From an uncultured Gammaproteobacteria bacterium (GTDB lineage: Bacteria > Patescibacteriota > Patescibacteriia > UBA1558 > 2-01-FULL-52-15), in NCBI GenBank assembly GCA_964441335.1, contig CAYTUI010000001.1, positions 961 through 64,960 of the forward strand: a DNA stretch of 64,000 bases. Direction: 5' to 3'. Below the pieces are notes generated by a model. The model did not search any database. It worked only from the letters and a program-made list of their open reading frames with translations, and was not told the origin of the DNA. Made by a program: the position numbers and the translations under genes. Every line of letters starts with the position of its first letter. The first letter of the stretch is position 1. This document shows positions 38,313-46,198 of the stretch, piece by piece.

Positions 38313-38597
38313 ATGAAGCCCTTGAGAATAACAATTTTAATGCTGGCGATAGTTGGTTTAAATGGCTGTTTTAAACTGTCGCAAAACAATTTAAAGGATG
38401 GAAATACTAATAAAGTAAACGATGAGGTAAATACTGCAGAGATATTACCGACGACTCCCACGACAACTCCAGAATCAGATATTAGTAAAGATGATGATAG
38501 CATTAAGGATTGTGTCTTATTAACCGAGCAGGAATGTCTGGTTAGAGAAGGTTGTCAGGGAAATGGATGGAGAGGAACGTTGTTTAGAATAAAATAA
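38313..38597 (+). CDS. Small lipoprotein
   Basis: Lipobox-like GLNGC, Thr/Pro linker. Confidence 0.55.
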   Translation: MKPLRITILMLAIVGLNGCFKLSQNNLKDGNTNKVNDEVNTAEILPTTPTTTPESDISKDDDSIKDCVLLTEQECLVREGCQGNGWRGTLFRIK

Positions 38598-38622
38598 TTT
38601 TAAAAAGTAATTACTCAATTAT

Positions 38623-39843
38623 ATGAAAAGGTTTTCTATTTTATTAATAGCGGGCGCGATAATTTTAAGCGGTTGCATTGATAGTAGACATTTTTCTAAA
38701 ACGGAAAGATTTAATGACCCGGATATTAAGAATGAATTTTGCGGCGCGGTCATAAGTTTTCAATACTGTAAATGTGCTTTTCATAACGATTATTGCGACG
38801 AAATTGGCATGTCGCGTCCAGAAGCAGATGCTTATGTTGAATCTGAATATGAAAAATGGCGTCAGGGGCAACTTCTAACTTTTAAGGAAAACTGTAAAAA
38901 TTACGGCGGGATATTTGTTGATGACGAATGTAATTATTGTGATGAAGATTTTGCTGTCCAGGATGATAAATGTGTCCTACAGGAAGAGGTTACTGTGGCT
39001 GACAATCAGGAATTTAAACCAGACGGACCTTTGGATGAAGATTGTACTATTAAAACAGAAGAGTTTAATCAGGACTGGAAGAAATATTCAGATATTGATA
39101 ATGCCATCCCCAAGGAAGACAGGAGTTATGAAGCGCAGCAGGCTTTAACAGCCTACGAAACAATGATTGGCAAGTTGGTGGAAACTTTTGAATTACAGCG
39201 CGATATTGAAATTGAAGAGCAATCGCAGACTGATTTGAATGAGTATCGTCAGGCTTTAGTTCAGAATCAGAAAGCCAATTTGTTAAAAGCGTTTTGGCGC
39301 ATGTCCTGGGTAACTTATTCAACTATTAAGAGTGGCGTCTCGGCTGGAACATCGTATAGTAAGTTGTTAACTAGCGCCGGTAGCGCCGTCCAGAGTATTG
39401 GTTCGGGTTTAAAAACTATTCAAGCTACGATTCCGTCTAATTCAGATATTGCTATAGATAAATCCACTGTGACGGGTAAAGCTCTAAGTGTCGGGTCTAA
39501 GACGGCTATGGAAGCAGTGGAAAGTTTAGGTGATCCGACAAAAATTGCTGTGCGTCTAGCGAAATCAGCGGCTGATATGACTCTTCCTTCGGCAAATTTG
39601 ACTGACGCTGAAATTAATATTTTAAGGCAACAACAGATTGATAAGGGCGTGTTAGACCAAGTGTTAGCGGCTAGTCAGGCGGCCAATGCCGAACGTCAGG
39701 CCAGGCTGACTATCTTGGAAACAGAGATTGACGGTTTAGAAGTGCAGATTGCCGATTGGGAAACAAAAGAACAGGAAAGAGTAAAGTCTATGTTAGAGGA
39801 TAGTTGTCAGAAACAAAAAGACGGTGCAGAGACAGAGGAGTAG
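38623..39843 (+). CDS. Lipoprotein with Cys-rich N-terminus and coiled-coil C-terminus
   Basis: ILSGC lipobox, many Cys, heptad-rich end. Confidence 0.75.
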   Translation: MKRFSILLIAGAIILSGCIDSRHFSKTERFNDPDIKNEFCGAVISFQYCKCAFHNDYCDEIGMSRPEADAYVESEYEKWRQGQLLTFKENCKNYGGIFVDDECNYCDEDFAVQDDKCVLQEEVTVADNQEFKPDGPLDEDCTIKTEEFNQDWKKYSDIDNAIPKEDRSYEAQQALTAYETMIGKLVETFELQRDIEIEEQSQTDLNEYRQALVQNQKANLLKAFWRMSWVTYSTIKSGVSAGTSYSKLLTSAGSAVQSIGSGLKTIQATIPSNSDIAIDKSTVTGKALSVGSKTAMEAVESLGDPTKIAVRLAKSAADMTLPSANLTDAEINILRQQQIDKGVLDQVLAASQAANAERQARLTILETEIDGLEVQIADWETKEQERVKSMLEDSCQKQKDGAETEE

Positions 39844-40132
39844 AGATAATTGTTGAGATTTGTTTATCACAAAAACAGCTGATAAAAGCTGTTTTGTGTA
39901 ATTTATAGCGTTTTAGTTTCTAGCAGGGTGTCAAATATTGACTTTTTGCCATTTGTCCATTAACATCTATCCTTGTGATATCAACTATGACTTTTGCTTG
40001 CTGTAGCACTATAGATATCGATGGTTTCAAAAAATCACTTGGTATTGGAAACAGCCCGCTCTTCGGAATTAAGTATTTAGGAAATTGTGATTTGTTTAGT
40101 ATTTTGGTTTTGGGATTTGAAATTTATTAAAG

Positions 40133-40208
40133 CGGGGTGTGGCGCAGTTGGTAGCGCGCATGCATGGGGTGCATGAGGCCGTGGGTTCAAGTCCCGCCAC
40201 CCCGACCA
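40133..40208 (+). tRNA. tRNA-Pro(GGG)
   Basis: CGGGGTG/CACCCCG, CATGC-ATGGGGT-GCATG, CCA. Confidence 0.95.
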
Positions 40209-40242
40209 AGTGATTCTGAAAAAATTCACAGGAGATGTAGTT

Positions 40243-40303
40243 GCGGGTTTCGCCCAAAGGGCGACCCGGTCGAATGACCGGGCAAGTCCTGTCACCCCGA
40301 CCA
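40243..40303 (+). pseudogene. Duplicated tRNA-Pro 3' end with palindromes inserted in the T-loop
   Basis: GCGGGTT[TCGCCCAAAGGGCGA CCCGGTCGAATGACCGGG]CAAGTCCTGTCACCCCGACCA. Confidence 0.75.
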
Positions 40304-40369
40304 TTCGACTTTGTTCAGCTTAGCTTGACCAAGAAAATTATATAACAATATTAAATCTCGTTTGATGGA

Positions 40370-40444
40370 TCCGCGGTAGCTCAGTGGTAGAGCAGCTGAC
40401 TGTTAATCAGCGGGTCGTCGGTTCGAACCCGACCCGCGGAGCCA
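40370..40444 (+). tRNA. tRNA-Asn(GTT)
   Basis: TCCGCGG/CCGCGGA, GCTGA-CTGTTAA-TCAGC, GCCA. Confidence 0.95.
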
Positions 40445-40502
40445 TCAGGTGAGATTTTTTTGTACCACATGTTTCTGATATACAATTTGACTTTTCCCCC
40501 AT

Positions 40503-40523
40503 GAAGTGTAAATATAACACTAG
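40503..40523. promoter_or_regulatory. Putative NrtR operator
   Basis: GAAGTGT-AAATATA-ACACTAG immediately before the second nrtR. Confidence 0.7.
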
Positions 40524-40527
40524 AAAT

Positions 40528-41202
40528 ATGACTCGACCTAAAAGTATTGACGTTAAAAAATTAAAGTTTGCTATTATTGCTGTTGATGTGGCTGTCTTTC
40601 GGATTAACAACGGGATTTTAGAAGTGTTGCTGGGGGAGGTTATGAATCCTCACTTTAGAAACAGACCTGGTCTGATCGGTGGAGTTATCGAGACAACCGA
40701 AACAGCCGAGCAGGCAGTTGTTAATCATTTAAAAAATAAGACGGGCGTCAAAGTTGATTTTATTGAACAACTTCAGACATTTAGTAGAATTGACAGGGAT
40801 CCCCGCGGTCGCGTTTTGTCGGTTGCCTATTTGGCTATTATCAATAAGATAAGCCCTGTCGGAGGAAATATTAGAACCGTTTGGGTTCCAATTAACCAGG
40901 CCAAAAATTTAGCCTATGACCACGATGAAATATTGCGGGTAGCTGGTGAAAGACTGCGGGCTAAATTTGGTTATACTAATATTGCCCAGCATTTTTTACC
41001 GTTGAATTTTACTTTAACCGAACTGCAACAGGTTTATCAGATTGTTATGAATCAAACTATAGACAAGAGGAATTTTAGACGTAAAGTATTGAATGTCGGT
41101 TTAGTAGCACCGACCGGCAGAACAACGACTAAAGGCACCAAGAAACCTGCGCAACTGTTCAGATTCGCATCGTTGAAGCCAAAAATCATTGAACTGTTTT
41201 AA
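40528..41202 (+). CDS. nrtR: Second NrtR-family regulator
   Basis: EQLQTFS..DRDPRGRVLSVAY, LAYDH, FTLTELQ, DKRNFRRK. Confidence 0.9.
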   Translation: MTRPKSIDVKKLKFAIIAVDVAVFRINNGILEVLLGEVMNPHFRNRPGLIGGVIETTETAEQAVVNHLKNKTGVKVDFIEQLQTFSRIDRDPRGRVLSVAYLAIINKISPVGGNIRTVWVPINQAKNLAYDHDEILRVAGERLRAKFGYTNIAQHFLPLNFTLTELQQVYQIVMNQTIDKRNFRRKVLNVGLVAPTGRTTTKGTKKPAQLFRFASLKPKIIELF

Positions 41203-41231
41203 TTTATCAGGGCGATATTTTTTTGCTTGTG

Positions 41232-41273
41232 AATAAGTGTCTACTTGACACTTATTTTGATTGTTGCTAAGGT
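41232..41273 (+). promoter_or_regulatory. NrtR operator overlapping the -35 of a sigma70 promoter
   Basis: Perfect palindrome AATAAGTGTC-TACTT-GACACTTATT; TTGACA(41245)-17-TAAGGT. Confidence 0.75.
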
Positions 41274-41417
41274 AGAGGCAGAGGAGAAAGTGGACAACTA
41301 TTTAAGGGATTGACAAAATTCTATAAATATTGTAGGTTCACCAACTCTGTTTCTTTGACAATTTATAAGATATTTATAGTGAAATGGCCAAGAAACCTTG
41401 AAAGGAGGTGGACGACC

Positions 41418-42245
41418 ATGATTGTGAAACACGGAGACCGGCAATTCGAAGCCGGTCGTCTGGTGGCCGATAACGGCCGTTATCGCCAGTATCTCTGCGT
41501 GGAGATTGGCGCTGACAAGGAAAAGGAGTGTTTGTTGCAGATCGCCACCGCTACCAATGGTAACGGTCAACTCGATCGGGCAGCCTACTTCCTTCAGGAA
41601 CTTGAGCGTCGAGCTCGCGAAGTGGAGAAGGAGTTCAAGAAGGTCAGAACCGATCCCAAGGTGATGCTCAATTACGGGCTGGGCTTTCCCAAGCTGGTTG
41701 ACAGCTTCGTCTGTCAGGAGCAGGGCGGCCGCCGTATCAACATCCTGGCTTTCAGACGCGTTGATCAGGTTGGTCAGATGATCCCTTTGAGTAGTGTGAT
41801 CAAAAGCAACCTGATGATTGACCGTCGTACTAGCGTCTGGATTCTGGGAAAGCTTCTCAAGCTGTTGACTTTTAGTCACAGTGAAGGGATTGCTGTCGGA
41901 CGCCTGGACGCTGACAACATTCTGCTTCAGCCGAATCAGCACTACGTGGTGTTGTTTGACTGGTCGGAAGGAAGTCAGTATCCGGAAAAAGTGCCTGCGG
42001 AAATCGCCTGTCAGGAGATCACTCAAGCTGCCATATCAGTTATGGCCGCCCTGTACTATGATCCGGAGTCTGGGAAATTCCCTGACGATCCGGATGATCC
42101 TGACGATCGTTATGTCAAGCACCTGATGACTCTGGCTAAAGGTCAGGAGCATCGGGCGGATCAGGCTCACCAGGAATTCTACAAACTGGTTGACACTATC
42201 TGGGAAAGGAGATTCTACCCCTTTACGACTCGACCGAAGTTCTGA
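41418..42245 (+). CDS. Protein-kinase-fold protein, probable pseudokinase
   Basis: HSEGIAVGRLDADNILL..HYVVLFDWS aligns with the catalytic loop/DFG region but lacks HRD; AAGGAGGTG SD. Confidence 0.65.
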   Translation: MIVKHGDRQFEAGRLVADNGRYRQYLCVEIGADKEKECLLQIATATNGNGQLDRAAYFLQELERRAREVEKEFKKVRTDPKVMLNYGLGFPKLVDSFVCQEQGGRRINILAFRRVDQVGQMIPLSSVIKSNLMIDRRTSVWILGKLLKLLTFSHSEGIAVGRLDADNILLQPNQHYVVLFDWSEGSQYPEKVPAEIACQEITQAAISVMAALYYDPESGKFPDDPDDPDDRYVKHLMTLAKGQEHRADQAHQEFYKLVDTIWERRFYPFTTRPKF

Positions 42246-42288
42246 AGCTACGCTACGTTAGACCAACGAAAGAAGGAGGACGAGTACT

Positions 42289-43452
42289 ATGGGACGCGAT
42301 ACCTTGTCTCGTGATGCCTTTACCAGAGTCAGCTCGTTGGCGACGAGGGGTGGCAGGAAAGCCACTCACGATGCTGAAGAGCAAGTCAGACAAGGCAAGG
42401 GTATTGATCCCCTTGTTGATCCGAAAGGGCCGTCTCATCTCGGTCCGATTCGTAGGTCGCTGCCGCGTTTTGAGAAGCAGAAGTCGCTTTGGCGATTGGT
42501 GATGAACATGCCGATGGCCGAGGAGACCCTGCTGGATACGACCGGTTCTATGCAACAAAACGTGGAGCTGGCGTTCGCGGCGTTGCCGAAGTCGTTCGGG
42601 ATGTACACCGAAGGATCTTGTCCGGTACTGGGTAGATACGATGTCCAGATCGCCACCGGAATCTTCAACGACGTCGACGATCTTGATGCAAATCCGTATG
42701 CCCAGGTCCTGTGTCGTTCGCAGTTTGAAATGGGCGAGAAGATCGCCTTGCAGATGACTCGGATGATCCCGGGACGCAACGGCTGCGGCAACTTCAAGGA
42801 GGATTCACAGTTTGGGCTGTTCGGAGCCGCCTATCTGACGGATGCCAGGATCACGAAGTACGGCCTCAGGACCTATCATTTCACGGTGTCGGACGAGCCG
42901 ACCGTGGAAACGATCGAACTGGGCTGGCTGAAGAAGATCTTCGGCGACGACGTGCTGGAGCGAACGGCCGAGAACGGCTGGGACTTCACCGCGCGTACTC
43001 TGCCGGACACGGCGCAGGCAGTTCGTGACCTGCAGACGCGGGCTCACGCCTTCTTTCTGCAAGTTCCGGGTTGGCATGATGAACGCAGGGTCACGAATCA
43101 GTGGACCGAGCTTTACGGCCCGGCTCATTTCGTGATGCTGCCCGGCGGGACTGAGTATGTGCACGCTGTCAAGGGCTGCATCATCGGTCTGACCGAGGGT
43201 GTTATCAGTCTCTCGTCGGCCAAGGACTTCCTGCGCGAGCATGGGGTTCCGGCTGACGCGGCTGCCAAAATCGTCCGCGCAGTCGCGCATATTCCTCTGG
43301 CAGCGCAGACCCTGGCTCCGAACTTCGACAAGCTGCCGAAGGTTGGGGATCTCTTCAAGGAAAAGACCGACCTCTGGCCGGTTGATCCCCAAGAGGTGCC
43401 GGAAGCGACTGTTGAAGACAAGGACAAGGGCGAGGAGACCGAGTGGCTGTAG
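42289..43452 (+). CDS. vWA-like domain protein
   Basis: MIDAS-like LLDTTGSM and downstream TVSDEP. Confidence 0.7.
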   Translation: MGRDTLSRDAFTRVSSLATRGGRKATHDAEEQVRQGKGIDPLVDPKGPSHLGPIRRSLPRFEKQKSLWRLVMNMPMAEETLLDTTGSMQQNVELAFAALPKSFGMYTEGSCPVLGRYDVQIATGIFNDVDDLDANPYAQVLCRSQFEMGEKIALQMTRMIPGRNGCGNFKEDSQFGLFGAAYLTDARITKYGLRTYHFTVSDEPTVETIELGWLKKIFGDDVLERTAENGWDFTARTLPDTAQAVRDLQTRAHAFFLQVPGWHDERRVTNQWTELYGPAHFVMLPGGTEYVHAVKGCIIGLTEGVISLSSAKDFLREHGVPADAAAKIVRAVAHIPLAAQTLAPNFDKLPKVGDLFKEKTDLWPVDPQEVPEATVEDKDKGEETEWL

Positions 43453-43498
43453 CTCCTTAACCTGACAACCGTAAATCCTAAACCAAAGAGAGGTGACT

Positions 43499-44884
43499 AT
43501 GACCAAGAAGGTCTACCTGGTCACCGATCTCGGTCCTGGAGACGGTGGTAAAGGTGGAGTGGTACACAAAGTCTCCAAGCTGATGCGTGCCCACACCATC
43601 ATCAAGGTTGGGGGTGCGCAAGGAAGCCATGGAGTCAGAACCTCAACAGGCGAACACTTCGCTTTCAGCCAATGGGGTTGCGGCACATTCGAGGGGGTGA
43701 GGTCTTACCTCTCCCCTCGGATGGTCGTTTCCCCGGAAGGGCTACTGAACGAAGCTGACGTTCTCCGCTACCGCTGGGGTATTTATAACCCCTTTGATCT
43801 ACTGATAGTGGACCAAAGGGCGTTGTGTGCCACGGCGTATCACGGGATTGCTTCGCGTCTAAAAGAAATGGCGCGCAAGGATAATCCCCGTGGCACGATC
43901 GGTACCGGAGTTGGCGAGGCTTACCGCGCTGCACAGCGGTTCCCTGATCTGGCGATTTATGCCCGTGATCTAAAACGGGCTGATCTGCGAGATCGGTTGG
44001 CCGTTGTTAGGCAACAACAGCAACAGGAATTGGCGCCGATCATAGCGGCGGAGTTTCTGCTCTATGATCAAGACGCCGTCGCCAAGGAAGTTAGTTGTCT
44101 GTTTGATGACGACTTCCTGGATTTCGTCGTTAGGCGGTTCCAAGAAGTATCCCAAAGAGCAACCATTGTTGACCAGGACTATCTGGGACGGGAAATCCTG
44201 TCCCGAGACGGTGTGGTCGTCGTGGAAAGCTCGCATGGGGTGCTGACTGATCACTACGCCGGGTTCCATCCGCACACCAGCGCCATTCGGACATTGCCTT
44301 GTTTCACCGAGGTGATGCTCCGGGAGGCTGGTTACAACGGACCAATCATCAACCTCGGGGTAACCCGAGCCTATCAGATACGCCACGGCGCAGGTCCGCT
44401 GCCAACTGCTGATCCAGCGTTGTCAGAGAATCTGTTGCCCGGCAGTCACAAGCAGGACAATCGTTACCAGGGCCAGGTTCGCGTTGGACCTCTGGACTTG
44501 GTGCTACTGCGCTACGCTCTGGCGGCTTGCGGCGGTCCAACTAGTTTTGATGGTTTGGCCATTACCTGGTTTGACCAGATTCAAGCTAATGGAGTTTGGC
44601 GTTTCTGTGACCGTTACCAAGGCAGTGACGACCCGACCTACTTCACGCCGTCCGGTGAGTTGCGGGTGCGGTTCGGAGCTGATGAAGAGCAGTTGTCCTT
44701 TCAAGAAAATCTCGGGCGTCAGCTTGGCAGTTGTCGTCCGGAGATTACTACCCAAGATATCCCGACGAGCATGGGGCGTGATGATCTGTATGATCTTTGC
44801 GCCAATACTCTGAAGGAGAAACTGGGTGTCCCTGTTCGCATGGTTTCGTTCGGTCCGACCGAGCGGGACAAAGTCTGCAAGTAA
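43499..44884 (+). CDS. Divergent adenylosuccinate synthetase-like protein
   Basis: GDGGKG, GGAQGSH, GTIGTGVGE, ESSHG, TRAYQIRHGAGPLPT, RVGPLD, SFGPT. Confidence 0.85.
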   Translation: MTKKVYLVTDLGPGDGGKGGVVHKVSKLMRAHTIIKVGGAQGSHGVRTSTGEHFAFSQWGCGTFEGVRSYLSPRMVVSPEGLLNEADVLRYRWGIYNPFDLLIVDQRALCATAYHGIASRLKEMARKDNPRGTIGTGVGEAYRAAQRFPDLAIYARDLKRADLRDRLAVVRQQQQQELAPIIAAEFLLYDQDAVAKEVSCLFDDDFLDFVVRRFQEVSQRATIVDQDYLGREILSRDGVVVVESSHGVLTDHYAGFHPHTSAIRTLPCFTEVMLREAGYNGPIINLGVTRAYQIRHGAGPLPTADPALSENLLPGSHKQDNRYQGQVRVGPLDLVLLRYALAACGGPTSFDGLAITWFDQIQANGVWRFCDRYQGSDDPTYFTPSGELRVRFGADEEQLSFQENLGRQLGSCRPEITTQDIPTSMGRDDLYDLCANTLKEKLGVPVRMVSFGPTERDKVCK

Positions 44885-44907
44885 ATGCGTGAACGCGAAA
44901 GGAGATA

Positions 44908-46083
44908 GTGCAGATGAGTGAAGATCGGGAAGGAACGCGGCAAATTTCCGCGGGTGATGCTATCGCTTTGTTGCTCACCGACCACGGCTTGGAAGCCGCG
45001 GTTATCGACAAGATCAAGACCGATCTGGGCGCCGCTACCGTTGAGGATTTGTCGGCGCTGACCGAAGCCGACCTCGTCGGTATCGGCATGAAGAAGCTGC
45101 CGGCTCGCAAGCTGGTGGCGGATCTGAAGCCGGTGGAGGTTGCTCCGACACCTGCGGCCAGTCCGGTCAGTACCATGTCCTTCGATTCCATCCTGCCCAA
45201 CGTCCCTACGGACTCTTCCTGGCTGGAAGCGCTTCGGACGGGCGGTGTTCTCAAGGTCGATCAGTCCACCGTCATCGGCGCCATTCGGGCGGCCTTGGCT
45301 CACAAGGCCAGGCTGTATGACATCCCGGACGGGCTGGTGACCATGTTGGAACGGTTCGCCGAGGAGAACGAGGAACAGGTGGACGTCGAGTTCTTCAAGT
45401 TGAAGAAGCAGCTGACCCGCCGAAACTACGCCGAGATCTTCTCGGCCATCGAAGGGCTGGACGGCAGCTACGTGACCGAGGGTCGGAAGAAGCAGCTGTT
45501 CGGTCGCATCGACGAGCATCTCTGGCCGTCGATCGAAACCTTCTACGGCCAGTTGAAGGGCTGGCAGGAGGCTTGGCTCCAGGGCGGGGCCAATCCGATG
45601 ATCATGATGAGCGCGATCATGGCGGCTTCGGGCGGCGGCGCGGGTGTCATGCCTCCCGGCGTGATGCAACCGCCGGATACCGGGGGGCTCCGTGATCATG
45701 CCGACGCCGTGGCCGACGCCATCAACAAGTGCTTCGCTGGCACTGGCGTGCAGATCGCGTCGGCTTTGGCCTACGATGCCACCAAGATCCGGGAGACGTT
45801 GGAGAACCCGCGTCTGCCGGCACTGGTCGGAGCTGCCAACCGCGATCAGATGCTCCGGCAACTGGGAGTGGCCGTTTCGGCCACCTACCCGCGGCTGGAG
45901 ACCAATCTGACCCGCTTCGTCCTGTCGACGTTGCAGGTCAAGGACCAGGCGGCCGGCACCGAGGAGCTGCAGTACTTCAGCTCCCTGTTCATGCTCGGGT
46001 CGCAGATCCCTTGGGATCAGCTTGGTAACAAGCGTCCCAGTGGCAAGCTCTCGGGCATCGGCGTCACGAGGCGCGACCTCTAG
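44908..46083 (+). CDS. hypothetical protein with N-terminal SAM-like domain
   Basis: LGAATVEDLSALTEADLVGIGMKKLPARKL; strongly GC3-biased codons; AAGGAG SD. Confidence 0.7.
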   Translation: MQMSEDREGTRQISAGDAIALLLTDHGLEAAVIDKIKTDLGAATVEDLSALTEADLVGIGMKKLPARKLVADLKPVEVAPTPAASPVSTMSFDSILPNVPTDSSWLEALRTGGVLKVDQSTVIGAIRAALAHKARLYDIPDGLVTMLERFAEENEEQVDVEFFKLKKQLTRRNYAEIFSAIEGLDGSYVTEGRKKQLFGRIDEHLWPSIETFYGQLKGWQEAWLQGGANPMIMMSAIMAASGGGAGVMPPGVMQPPDTGGLRDHADAVADAINKCFAGTGVQIASALAYDATKIRETLENPRLPALVGAANRDQMLRQLGVAVSATYPRLETNLTRFVLSTLQVKDQAAGTEELQYFSSLFMLGSQIPWDQLGNKRPSGKLSGIGVTRRDL

Positions 46084-46111
46084 ATCCAACGCGGTTCTGG
46101 AGTAACCTTGG

Positions 46112-46147
46112 GGCCGGACAACGACATGTTGTCCGGCCTCTTTTTTT
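46112..46147 (+). terminator. Intrinsic terminator
   Basis: GGCCGGACAAC..GTTGTCCGGCC followed by a T run. Confidence 0.8.
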
Positions 46148-46198
46148 ATCCAAAAAAATAAACCGCGATATTTTATTAGGCAGTTTATTATTGTTTGA

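Noticed and set aside
43499-44884. PurZ (Z-base synthesis) or housekeeping purA
   Set aside because: The catalytic Asp of GD.GKG is retained (PurZ has Ser), and the canonical aspartate-binding loop is missing, so neither label is supported
27380-46147. Prophage or ICE
   Set aside because: No integrase, structural or conjugation genes and no long flanking att pair seen
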